Assembly: GCA_937951635.1 (NCBI GenBank)
Contig: CALFBO010000056.1
Coordinates: forward strand, 1-39,032
Length of the DNA: 39,032 nucleotides
Source of the DNA: Candidatus Saccharimonadia bacterium
Lineage (GTDB): Bacteria; Patescibacteriota; Saccharimonadia; Saccharimonadales; CALFBO01
Direction: 5' to 3'
Shown here: positions 7,951 through 16,264 of the stretch, in pieces
Numbering within the stretch: the first letter of the stretch is position 1
How the letters are laid out: every line of letters starts with the position of its first letter
Position numbers and translations under genes: made by a program
Notes under the pieces: generated by a model
The model's input: only the letters and a program-made list of their open reading frames with translations
Told to the model about the DNA's origin: nothing
The model's database searches: none

Positions 7951-8781
7951 CTACTCCACACAATCTAGACTACCAACTTTAAGGTCGATCACTTCTTGGC
8001 GAGCTCCATACCCAAGGCCGAGTCTTGCATAGTCGGAGTCCTTACTTGCTCCTTGAGACTTCAGGCACAGGTGGCCACTGTATTCTGCATCAACCAAAAC
8101 CTCATCTTTAGAGCTAGTTTCAAAAACACTGGCATCGCCGTAGTCTCTAAAGCCACTATGGTAGCCAACGGGTATTATTCTTGACTTTGTTGGGTCTCTA
8201 AAGAACGCCATACTGTTTGAGTTATATTCTCTAAACATTTCTGCGCCCCAAGGTATATCATACTCAGTAACAATTTCGTTACCGCTAGTATCTAACATTA
8301 CAGTGGGCTGAATACAGCTCATAACTTTTCTAGATTCATAGAGTCCAGAAGGTAAGCTGCTCTTGCAATCAATGTAATCCTCTCGAAGTTCATCGGAATG
8401 ATCTTTGTTTATACCAATAATCCTATAAACACGAATTTTGCGCCTAACCTCGTCGCCATCACTAGTAGTTGTCAGGTCTCCAAACTCCATAACTGTGCCC
8501 AAAAATATGCATGAGCCATCATTATCTTGGGTTCCCTTGAAGTCGAATTTTTTGCCATTGTAGCGACAGTTCTTATTGCCATCGTTCACTCCATTAAGGG
8601 TGTTGTTGTATTCACGTTGCATGAAAGCTTGCACAGTTCTAGCTGCGTCAGAAAACTGGACGTCGCTATTCCTACCCTGCAAAATAGTAAATGGTATAAC
8701 CACGAGACTTGCCGAAATAACTACAAAAAACAGTAGCTCCAATATAGTAAACCCGTGGCTGTTATTCAGCTTCACCTTCAT
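7951..8781 (-). CDS. minor pilin / pseudopilin with prepilin-type N-terminal domain
   Basis: MKVKLNNSHG|FTILELLFFVVISASLVVIPF is a canonical class III signal peptide. It is the first gene after pilD. Confidence 0.7.
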   Translation of the reverse strand: MKVKLNNSHGFTILELLFFVVISASLVVIPFTILQGRNSDVQFSDAARTVQAFMQREYNNTLNGVNDGNKNCRYNGKKFDFKGTQDNDGSCIFLGTVMEFGDLTTTSDGDEVRRKIRVYRIIGINKDHSDELREDYIDCKSSLPSGLYESRKVMSCIQPTVMLDTSGNEIVTEYDIPWGAEMFREYNSNSMAFFRDPTKSRIIPVGYHSGFRDYGDASVFETSSKDEVLVDAEYSGHLCLKSQGASKDSDYARLGLGYGARQEVIDLKVGSLDCVE

Positions 8782-8832
8782 TGGTTAAATTATAGCATAA
8801 GCACAATAGTAATAAGAGACCTAAATAGCAGT

Positions 8833-9636
8833 TTAGCTCAAGCCGTAATAGTTCCTTGCAAAACTAGAAATTTCTTCACCAAAGACCATAACTATAAAAA
8901 GCCCGGCAATTAAAAACGGGCCAAACGGAATTTTACTTTTTCTAGTAACTTTCTTGAGCAGAAATAGAGGCAGCAGCAACAAGCTAGCCATGTAAAATGC
9001 AGACATTATCGCCAGCAAAACCATTACTGGTCCCAGCAATAACCCCATATATGCTCCCATCTTTACGTCTCCGCCACCTATCCACCTGCCATTTGATATA
9101 GCAAAAATAAAGTAAAAGAACCCTCCACCCACCATAAAACCAGCTAGCATCGATAAGATCACGCTCCAGCCTTCGCCAAACACAATTACTCTATAAAACC
9201 CCTGTAACACCGCTAGGCTCGACATAGGTAAGAGTAGTTTATTGGGCAGTATCATCCACCGCATATCAAATACAGCTAGCGCCATTAAACACACTACTTG
9301 GACAAACCATAGGCCGAGCCAAATTACCTCAGCTACATTGGACAGCTCATACGGCCACCACATATAGCTAACGACGAATGCCAATCCTGTAAATACTTCT
9401 ACTATTGGAGAATCCTCTATCTTGGCACTACAGTACCTGCACCTACCCAGTAGACTTAACCAACTAAGAACAGGCACCAAATCATACCACGCCAATACAT
9501 GTTCGCATTTTGGACATATCGACCGCTCAGATACAAAGTTGCGACGATTCTTTAAACGCCAAACAAGAGCATTAACAAAGCTGCCACCAGCCAAGCCAAT
9601 CAAGAACACCCATGCAATTATAATAATCTTACTCAT
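8833..9636 (-). CDS. pilD: prepilin peptidase / N-methyltransferase (A24 family)
   Basis: Polytopic membrane protein with the CPKCEH...CRYC zinc-ribbon-like block and the aspartyl-protease motif IGGGDVKMGAYMG. Confidence 0.9.
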   Translation of the reverse strand: MSKIIIIAWVFLIGLAGGSFVNALVWRLKNRRNFVSERSICPKCEHVLAWYDLVPVLSWLSLLGRCRYCSAKIEDSPIVEVFTGLAFVVSYMWWPYELSNVAEVIWLGLWFVQVVCLMALAVFDMRWMILPNKLLLPMSSLAVLQGFYRVIVFGEGWSVILSMLAGFMVGGGFFYFIFAISNGRWIGGGDVKMGAYMGLLLGPVMVLLAIMSAFYMASLLLLPLFLLKKVTRKSKIPFGPFLIAGLFIVMVFGEEISSFARNYYGLS

Positions 9637-9680
9637 TGCCAGCTATTATGCCCTGTCAAGTTCAAAGATCCAAGTCAAGA

Positions 9681-9861
9681 CTTCAAGACCCCAATCACAA
9701 AACTAAATCTGAACAGATAAGCTTTAAGTGTAGGTGCGTATAGCTTATCTGAGCTGTTCTTTGGTAGCCACAGCTGCTTATGAACAGATTGGGTGAGTTA
9801 GATATGTACCTGCCCCGAAGGTCTATATGACTGGGTTAGTTTTGTGATTAGGGTCTTCAAG
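9681..9861 (-). terminator. compound 3'-UTR hairpin closed by a 26-bp stem, immediately after the pilin stop codon
   Basis: CTTCAAGACCCCAATCACAAAACTAA (9681-9706) pairs with TTAGTTTTGTGATTAGGGTCTTCAAG (9836-9861), enclosing 129 nt. Inner helices: CAGATAAGCT/AGCTTATCTG, AGCTGT/ACAGCT, AATCTG/CAGATT. One C:A mismatch on + becomes G:U on the minus strand. The stem starts 2 nt after the stop at 9864. There is no clean U-tract. Confidence 0.5.
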
Positions 9862-9863
9862 CT

Positions 9864-10343
9864 CTAACCTTCTGCACAGTAAGTTCCGCCACCCTCTAGC
9901 ACGACGGCCACTGCAAAAGATCTAGTAGATGTACTGGACGCATCTATCCAGCCATCCGCACAACTTGCTGCAAATTTATAAAATATCGGTTCTTTGTCGC
10001 CGCTCTTAAATTTTACGGCTGCTTTTTCGGGGAGGGCAGCTCTATGTATGTAATAATCTTGCACAATGTCAGAACCTGCATAGCCGCCAGTGAGAACTTG
10101 TTCTTCTAATTGTTTGCCATTAGCTGGGGCCTCGCCCCCGCTATTCGTCTTGTAGCTCAAAGTAGCGGCAACCATTCTGCCAACAACCGAGCGTCTAGCC
10201 TCGTCACGCTCAGACTTTTGCAAAGACGGCAATGCCAAGAAGACTGCCAAGAATATGAACCCCGCTATGGCCAAAACTAAGACCACCTCGATGATAGTGA
10301 ATCCTTGTTTGTTTGAGTTTATTTTCACTTCAATCTTTTTCAT
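9864..10343 (-). CDS. type IV pilin (PilA-like), paralog 1
   Basis: MKKIEVKINSNKQG|FTIIEVVLVLAIAGFIFLAVFLALPSLQKS is a class III signal with E+5. A C-terminal Cys pair (SCADGW...GGGTYCAEG) fits a pilin D-region disulfide. Confidence 0.85.
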   Translation of the reverse strand: MKKIEVKINSNKQGFTIIEVVLVLAIAGFIFLAVFLALPSLQKSERDEARRSVVGRMVAATLSYKTNSGGEAPANGKQLEEQVLTGGYAGSDIVQDYYIHRAALPEKAAVKFKSGDKEPIFYKFAASCADGWIDASSTSTRSFAVAVVLEGGGTYCAEG

Positions 10344-10378
10344 TACGCTTATGCATACTTAAGTGTACATCTCACAAG

Positions 10379-10545
10379 TCTATAGACAAAACATTTTAGC
10401 TTGCGCCAATAAATTATTGATGATTGTGGTCCAAGAATCACGTTCTTCGAACGAGGCATATCTGTAGATATGGCGAGAGAGGAAACGTGGTTATTGGGCT
10501 GCAGGGGCGATAATTTGGCGCGAGTCAGAATGTTTTGTCTATAAA
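10379..10545 (+). ncRNA. candidate structured RNA/DNA element, Y family (stand-alone copy)
   Basis: Nested helices: TATAGACAAAACATT (10381-10395) / AATGTTTTGTCTATA (10529-10543); GCTTGCGCCAA / TTGGCGCGAG(T)C; ATTATTG/CGATAAT; CCAAGAATCACGTT (10431-10444) / AACGTGGTTATTGG (10484-10497); apical CATATCT-GTA-GATATG (10457-10472). About 5 T:G/G:T wobbles on + would be A:C on the minus strand. Homologous to 1616-1753. Confidence 0.5.
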
Positions 10546-10611
10546 TACATAATCACATTTTGGCTATATTGAGCACGACCAAACAAAACCATTCATTTTT
10601 GTCCTAAAATC

Positions 10612-10649
10612 AGGGAATACAAAAAGGTCGGACAAAACATCCGACCTTT
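10612..10649 (-). terminator. Rho-independent terminator of pilin paralog 2 (potentially bidirectional)
   Basis: 10-bp stem AAAGGTCGGA / TCCGACCTTT (10623-10649) with a 7-nt loop. It is followed on the minus strand by TTTTTGTATT and lies 22 nt after the stop at 10671. On the + strand it is followed by ATTGTATT. Confidence 0.75.
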
Positions 10650-10670
10650 ATTGTATTGAGCGTTGGGCTT

Positions 10671-11156
10671 CTAGCCTTCTGCGCAGTAAGTTCCACCACC
10701 CTCTAGGATGACAGCTACTGCAAATGTTCTTGAAGAACCACCGCTGGAATCAATCCAACCGCTAGTACAGTTTGCGTTTTTTGCATAGTATACAGCTTCT
10801 AGGTCACCACTAAGGTTGCCCCCAAAGGCACCGGCTGCAGCAGCGTTCGCAGGTACTGCACTCGTCCACATGTAGTACTTAGTTGGGAAGTCATCTTCCA
10901 CATAATTAGCATCTACGACGTTAGTTTGTACAACGCCCGCGTCATTTGGTACGTCGCCATTACTGTTAGTAATGTACGATGTAACGCCTGCTACGAGTCG
11001 TCCAACGTCTGAACGCCGCTCAGTATCTCGTTGTGACTTCTGCAGTTGAGGCAGCGCCAAGAAGACTACTAAGAAAATTAGACCAGCAATAGCCAAGACC
11101 AAGACAACCTCGATAATGGTGAAGCCGCTCTGTCGATTTTTAACTAGCTTGTTCAT
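10671..11156 (-). CDS. type IV pilin (PilA-like), paralog 2
   Basis: MNKLVKNRQSG|FTIIEVVLVLAIAGLIFLVVFLALPQLQKS. The C-terminus NCTSGW...FAVAVILEGGGTYCAEG is nearly identical to that of paralog 1. Confidence 0.85.
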   Translation of the reverse strand: MNKLVKNRQSGFTIIEVVLVLAIAGLIFLVVFLALPQLQKSQRDTERRSDVGRLVAGVTSYITNSNGDVPNDAGVVQTNVVDANYVEDDFPTKYYMWTSAVPANAAAAGAFGGNLSGDLEAVYYAKNANCTSGWIDSSGGSSRTFAVAVILEGGGTYCAEG

Positions 11157-11331
11157 ACTTTTATCTCTTTCTACCTTTCGTTTTACAACTTTAATAAGGC
11201 TTATGTTTATATAGTGAAATTGTACTGACCTAAGGCAATAAAAGCAAGCATTTATAGGTAATTATACCGGTAATGCTTAAACACTTTCCTTTATGGGACT
11301 AAGGACCTACTCTACAAAAGGCTCTAACTAC

Positions 11332-11845
11332 TTTTGGAGTTGCTGCAATTCAAAACACCTTTTCACACCATGAAGATGATTTTCCAAGAAACATTCTTAA
11401 ATTCCCCAAATTCTCAGTCCGGACTTCGCCGGGTGTAGGATCTAGAGCTAAAGCTATTAAAAGTTTGGCTCTGCCGGTGGAAGTCTTAGCTAGTCCAGAA
11501 GGTTTAAAAAAGGAAATTAATGAGTGGCTAGGCCCCTTAGGCTACTTTTCGGTCTGTCTGACGAGGAGCAAAAACTAGCCCGCAGTGGAGCGTACTACTG
11601 TACGTGTAATGAGGACTAGTTTTTAGTGACGAAGACAGCTAGGCTGAAGCTGGCTTCGCTGACCAGGGAGACTGCTATTCAAAAGAGTTGAAAAGAATGA
11701 GTTCTGAGCTGATTTTCAGAATATTTGATAAGGCCCTAGTGCTTGTTTTCTAGCGGAGTGTACTTAAACAGTACATGGAGTGAAAATAAGCGCTGGCAAC
11801 GCAGAAGAGCTAACCCTGCGAGCCTGGTTTCGCCAAGCGGAGGGG
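11332..11845 (+). repeat. array of three diverged X-family modules: X0 degenerate 11332-11440, X3 11551-11668, X4 11725-11845
   Basis: Blocks shared with XB: TGAYRAGG (11559-11566, 11726-11733); GGAG plus hairpin CGTAC-TACT-GTACG / TGTACT-TAAAC-AGTACA; TGKARTGA; ACGMAGA. The long helix is kept by different sequences: X3 CAAAAACTAG 11569-11578 / CTAGTTTTTAG 11616-11626, X4 CTAGTGCTTGTTTT / AAAATAAGCGCTGG. X0 keeps TTTTGGAGTTGCTG, CAAGAAAC and the tail AGTCCGGACTTCGCCGGGTGTAGG (11416-11439). Confidence 0.6.
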
Positions 11846-11887
11846 TTGTCTCTGGTTCAAATGTTTTGAAAACAGTTCAAGTTCAGA

Positions 11888-13090
11888 TCAGAAGGACTGG
11901 CCTACTAGGCCGTAAATAGGTATTAATATCGCTCCAACCATCATCCCAGCAACCCCAGCCAAGAACACCATAAGTATTGGCTCAATTGCAGTAGATAGCG
12001 CCTTTATTTCGTTATCTAATTCTTTCTCATAAAAACTAGCTACTTTACCCATCATGGCATCGATTGACCCCGACTGCTCACCAATACTTAACATTTGTGG
12101 CACAAGAGGAAGAAAGTTTGGATCACCCTCTAGGGTTGACGAAAGAGTCTTGCCGCCCTTAACTTTTTGCGATGCATGAACCAGCGACTGCTCTATGTGT
12201 ACGTTGTCTACAGCCCTAGACGTAATATCCATCATCTCCAACATTGGAACTCCCGAAGCCATTAATGTCTGACCAGTACGGGCAAACCTAGCCATAAATA
12301 GCTTCATGAACATTCTGCCAAACAAAGGAGCTTTCATTTTGAGTCTGTCTACGAAGTGTTTACCAGAATACGTATACTTGGCCCAGCGTCGCATAAACCA
12401 AATCCCTGCTCCACTAACTATTATGATCAACCACCAAAATTTCTGAATTACTCTTGCCACGAACAATAGGATTTTAGTCAAAATTGGCAGATCTTTACCT
12501 AGATCTTCATAGAGTTGCTCGACCTGGGGCAAAACAACCACCAGCATAAACACGATGACCATGGCAATAACAAACATAACAATAGCAGGATAGACCATGG
12601 CGCCTTTTACTTTTGAGTTTATCTCGGCGTCTTTTTCTTGCTGGTCGGCAATCCTTGTGAGCGCTTCGTCCAGAGTACCCGATGCCTCGCCCGCCCCAAC
12701 AAGGTTTACATATACATCGTTAAATATCTTTGGATGCTTTCCCAGCGAGCTAGACAGGCTAGTTCCAGCCTCCACACTAACAATAACGTCGTTTATGACA
12801 CCTGCAAGGTGTTTGTTTGCCGTCTGCGTACCAACTGTTCTTAACGACTGCGTGAGGGGCAACCCGGCATTTATCAATGTAGAAAGTTGCCTAGAAAAAA
12901 GAACCTTGTCCTTACTACCTACGTGCTCTCGTCTAAACGAAAACCCTTCGCCCTTTTTCTTGATGTCTATTGGAACCAAGCCCTGCTCTTTAATTAGCTT
13001 GGCAGCCACCATCTCATTATCGGCCTGAACTTCGGCTTTTAAAAGCTGTCCTGTTGCTGGATCCTTTGCTTCGTATTCAAAAACTAGCAT
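11888..13090 (-). CDS. pilC: type IV pilus platform protein PilC (GspF family)
   Basis: 400 aa with a duplicated T2SS-F architecture: cytoplasmic domain, TM, cytoplasmic domain, TMs. It sits 3 nt downstream of pilT. Confidence 0.9.
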   Translation of the reverse strand: MLVFEYEAKDPATGQLLKAEVQADNEMVAAKLIKEQGLVPIDIKKKGEGFSFRREHVGSKDKVLFSRQLSTLINAGLPLTQSLRTVGTQTANKHLAGVINDVIVSVEAGTSLSSSLGKHPKIFNDVYVNLVGAGEASGTLDEALTRIADQQEKDAEINSKVKGAMVYPAIVMFVIAMVIVFMLVVVLPQVEQLYEDLGKDLPILTKILLFVARVIQKFWWLIIIVSGAGIWFMRRWAKYTYSGKHFVDRLKMKAPLFGRMFMKLFMARFARTGQTLMASGVPMLEMMDITSRAVDNVHIEQSLVHASQKVKGGKTLSSTLEGDPNFLPLVPQMLSIGEQSGSIDAMMGKVASFYEKELDNEIKALSTAIEPILMVFLAGVAGMMVGAILIPIYGLVGQSF

Positions 13091-13093
13091 ATT

Positions 13094-14161
13094 TTAATTC
13101 CTCATTAGCCTGTCTAGCTCTTCAATATCTATGGCGTAATTACGAGCCTCGTCATAAGTAATGGTGCCAGCATGAATTAGGTTTACTAGTGTTTTATCCA
13201 TAGACTGCATACCATGGTCGGCTCCAGTTTGAATTACGGCATCTAGCTGATGAGACTTCCCTTCTCGAATAATATTTCGAACTGCAGGTGTAGCTACTAG
13301 TATTTCTGCTGCCACTACTCGCCCACCGCCTATAGAAGGGATCAGTCGCTGCGACACTATGGCCTGGAGTATATTAGAAAGCTGGGCTCTAATCTGGGGC
13401 TGCTGGTGAGGCGGGAATACGTCTATCATACGATCTATCGACTGTGCTGCCGAGTTGGTGTGCAGGGTTGCAAAAACCAAGTGACCAGTCTCTGCAATCG
13501 TAATAGCTGCTGCAATTGTTTCAAGGTCACGCATTTCGCCAATAAGCACCACGTCTGGATCTTGACGCAAGCTTGAACGCAGCGCCGCCGAAAAAGAAAA
13601 TGTATCATAGTGGACTTCTCTTTGAACAACCACAGAATTTTTAGATTTGTGAGTAAACTCAATTGGATCTTCAATGGTTATTATGTGCTCTGCCCTATCG
13701 GTATTGACCTTGTCGACTATCGCTGCTAGCGAGGTAGACTTACCAGACCCAGTTGGACCCGTAACCAAAACTAGGCCCCTGGGTAGTTCGGCAAAGCCTT
13801 TTGTTACTTCGGGCATGCCGAGCTCTTCGATGGTCTTTATTTCATTAGGAATTAGCCTTAACGCCGCAGCCAAGTTGCCTCTTTCATGGTATGCATTAAC
13901 ACGAAATCGCCCCAAATCACCAAACGCAAACGAGAAATCGAATTCTTTGTCTTTTAACAAAATCTGTTTTTGATCGTCGTCTAAGATGGCAAATACCAAA
14001 GACTCGACATTCGCTTCGGTAAGAACTGGCGCCCCTGCAACAGGTTTAAGTGATCCATCAATACGCAACATCGGCGCCAAGCCAACCTGCAAGTGCAAAT
14101 CAGACGCCCGTTTTGTTATCACGTCTTCCAAAAGTAGTTCTATTCTAAGTTCTTGTGCCAT
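13094..14161 (-). CDS. pilT: twitching-motility retraction ATPase PilT
   Basis: 355 aa. Walker A GPTGSGKSTS, Asp box and HLVFATLHTNSAAQSIDRMIDVF, with the typical PilT size and no N-terminal GspE-N extension. Confidence 0.9.
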   Translation of the reverse strand: MAQELRIELLLEDVITKRASDLHLQVGLAPMLRIDGSLKPVAGAPVLTEANVESLVFAILDDDQKQILLKDKEFDFSFAFGDLGRFRVNAYHERGNLAAALRLIPNEIKTIEELGMPEVTKGFAELPRGLVLVTGPTGSGKSTSLAAIVDKVNTDRAEHIITIEDPIEFTHKSKNSVVVQREVHYDTFSFSAALRSSLRQDPDVVLIGEMRDLETIAAAITIAETGHLVFATLHTNSAAQSIDRMIDVFPPHQQPQIRAQLSNILQAIVSQRLIPSIGGGRVVAAEILVATPAVRNIIREGKSHQLDAVIQTGADHGMQSMDKTLVNLIHAGTITYDEARNYAIDIEELDRLMRN

Positions 14162-14181
14162 TATTCACCCTCTCTCAAGCA

Positions 14182-16011
14182 TTACGCACTATCTATCGCT
14201 GCAACACGGTTTACTTCTTCTAGAGTAGTCATACCGTTTATGGCCTTAAAGTACCCGTCTTCTCGCATAGTAATCGTACCTTGCGCCTGGGCAGCTTTTT
14301 GAATTTCGGAACTCGTAGCTCTCTTTATAATTAGCTCTTCTATATGCTCTGTAACGTCGAGCACTTCGTAAAGTCCGAGTCTTCCTTTATAGCCCCCAGG
14401 TGTAGACTTGGTGTCCTTACCCTTGAATAAAGTATAAGCGTTTTGGGTACCTAAGGGCAAGCTTTCATATCCAAGATCATTGGAGACCTTTTTCTGGCTG
14501 GCAGTGTCTTTTGGCAAAAGGTGCCCAACTGTCTCGTGAATGGCCTCTGTTTCTACCTGTGTTGACTGATAGGCTTCTTTCTTGTCGGTTATTCTTCGCA
14601 CCAGACGCTGACCTATTACAGTGTTTACGGTCGAAGCAATGAGGAATGGTTCTATACCCATATCCAGAAGTCTTGGCAGCACACCTGCAGCCGAATTGGT
14701 GTGAAGCGTAGAAAACACTAAATGCCCAGTAAGGGCAGCCTGCACAGCCAGTGTTGCCGTTTCGGCGTCTCTAATTTCACCCACCATAACTACATCTGGG
14801 TCTTGACGCAAAATTGATCGTAGTCCACCAGCAAACGTCAAACCAACATCGGCATTAACTTGTATCTGGTTCACGCCTTCCATTTTGTATTCGACAGGAT
14901 CTTCCAGGGTTACGATATTAATGCTTTCGTCTTTAATTTCTGAAAGCAGCGCATACATTGAAGTAGACTTTCCAGAACCAGTAGGCCCACTAGTAAGAAC
15001 CATGCCATTGGGTTTCTTTATTCCTTTTCTGATAGCTTCTAGAGCGTGGCCCACATATCCCATGTCTTCAAGGTGTAAGCTCGTACCGCTTTTATCTAAA
15101 ATTCTTATCACTACTTGCTCGCCCCACACAGTTGGAGATATCGATATACGCAGGTCAATGTCTCGACCTGCAACACTAACAGCAAATTGACCGTCCTGCG
15201 GAATGCGGTGCTCATCTATCTTTAAGTTGGATAAAATCTTTATTCGGGACACCAATGCTGGTTCGGTAGCTTTGGGTAGTCGCATGATTTCACGTAAGAC
15301 TCCGTCGACACGAGTTCTAATCTTCAACTCACTTTTTACCGGTTCCATATGTATGTCAGAAGCTCGGTTTGTAACTGCGTACTCCAAGACCGCGCTAAGC
15401 GCCTTGGAAATTGGTGAGTCTTCAACAATTGTCTTAATTCTTTTTTCTTTTTCTTTTTCGACCTTGTCGTCGCCTGATACAAGACTATTCGGATCGAAAT
15501 TCAAAGACGAACCTGCACTGGAGCCGCCGACTCCAGCTAAAGCTTCCGACAAGTCACTACCCTCAAGGTGTGTGCTGTATTGCTTGATAACGTGTCGTAT
15601 CCCGCCCTCGGAAGCCATATATACACTTATGGGGCGTCCGATCTTTTTGGATAAGAAGTCTGCAGCCTGCACATTGTCGGCGTCAAGCATTGCAACAACT
15701 AGGCGACCCTTCATTTCACCTAGAGGAACTGCCATGTAGCGTTCTGCCAGCCCCTTTGACAGTAATTTAAGAATTTCGACGGGTATGAGAGCATTGGATA
15801 AGTCTACGTATGGAAGCTTAAGGACTTTGGCCGTAATACGGGTTAGGTCCTCATTTGTAATAACTTCTTCACCCAATAAATAGGCAAATAAAGGTTGACT
15901 ATCTGCCCGAGCTTTGTCTTCAAATTCCTGAAGCTTATCTTCAAGTATTAGACCCTCTTCTACGAGGAGCCCTTTGGCTAGTTTTTGATTTTCCGCTGAT
16001 AGAACACCCAT
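14182..16011 (-). CDS. pilB: type IV pilus assembly ATPase PilB (GspE family)
   Basis: 609 aa. N-terminal GspE-N-like domain (LPYVDLSNALIPVEILKLLSKGLAERYMAVPL), Walker A GPTGSGKSTS, and GHLVFSTLHTNSAAG. Confidence 0.9.
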   Translation of the reverse strand: MGVLSAENQKLAKGLLVEEGLILEDKLQEFEDKARADSQPLFAYLLGEEVITNEDLTRITAKVLKLPYVDLSNALIPVEILKLLSKGLAERYMAVPLGEMKGRLVVAMLDADNVQAADFLSKKIGRPISVYMASEGGIRHVIKQYSTHLEGSDLSEALAGVGGSSAGSSLNFDPNSLVSGDDKVEKEKEKRIKTIVEDSPISKALSAVLEYAVTNRASDIHMEPVKSELKIRTRVDGVLREIMRLPKATEPALVSRIKILSNLKIDEHRIPQDGQFAVSVAGRDIDLRISISPTVWGEQVVIRILDKSGTSLHLEDMGYVGHALEAIRKGIKKPNGMVLTSGPTGSGKSTSMYALLSEIKDESINIVTLEDPVEYKMEGVNQIQVNADVGLTFAGGLRSILRQDPDVVMVGEIRDAETATLAVQAALTGHLVFSTLHTNSAAGVLPRLLDMGIEPFLIASTVNTVIGQRLVRRITDKKEAYQSTQVETEAIHETVGHLLPKDTASQKKVSNDLGYESLPLGTQNAYTLFKGKDTKSTPGGYKGRLGLYEVLDVTEHIEELIIKRATSSEIQKAAQAQGTITMREDGYFKAINGMTTLEEVNRVAAIDSA

Positions 16012-16021
16012 TAATTACAGC

Positions 16022-16264
16022 CTAGTCAACAAACGGTTGTTCTGAATTTGACTCTCTAATTTCTACTAGCTGAGTTAGGTTTATAGAATTCTCACTGAAT
16101 ACCTGCGGGTTTAGGGCGTCAATTGACCCCGAAACCGGTACTACTTGTTCTAATTTTGCAGTTCGATCTTCATCGTTGCTAATGAATCGACTGGACGAAA
16201 AGAATGCAATTAATATACTAAGTGTAGCGACAAGAATTATTGATGCCCATTCTGTAGATTTCAT
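16022..16264 (-). CDS. small single-pass membrane protein in the pilMNO-pilB operon
   Basis: 80 aa with one TM helix (WASIILVATLSILIAFF). Its ATG shares one base with the pilO stop (TAATG), suggesting translational coupling. No family recognised. Confidence 0.45.
   Translation of the reverse strand: MKSTEWASIILVATLSILIAFFSSSRFISNDEDRTAKLEQVVPVSGSIDALNPQVFSENSINLTQLVEIRESNSEQPFVD

Noticed and set aside
9864-11156. Diversity-generating retroelement or silent-cassette antigenic variation of pilins
   Set aside because: There is no reverse transcriptase or template repeat in the window. The two genes are both complete and diverged throughout, not adenine-specifically.
9681-11845. Integron-like cassette array (pilins as cassettes, hairpins as attC) served by the nearby tyrosine recombinase
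   Set aside because: There are no RYYYAAC/GTTRRRY core sites at the stem bases. The recombinase looks like an ordinary XerC/D and is 4.5 kb away on the far side of pilD and the minor pilins. The elements fall into sequence families rather than being structure-only.
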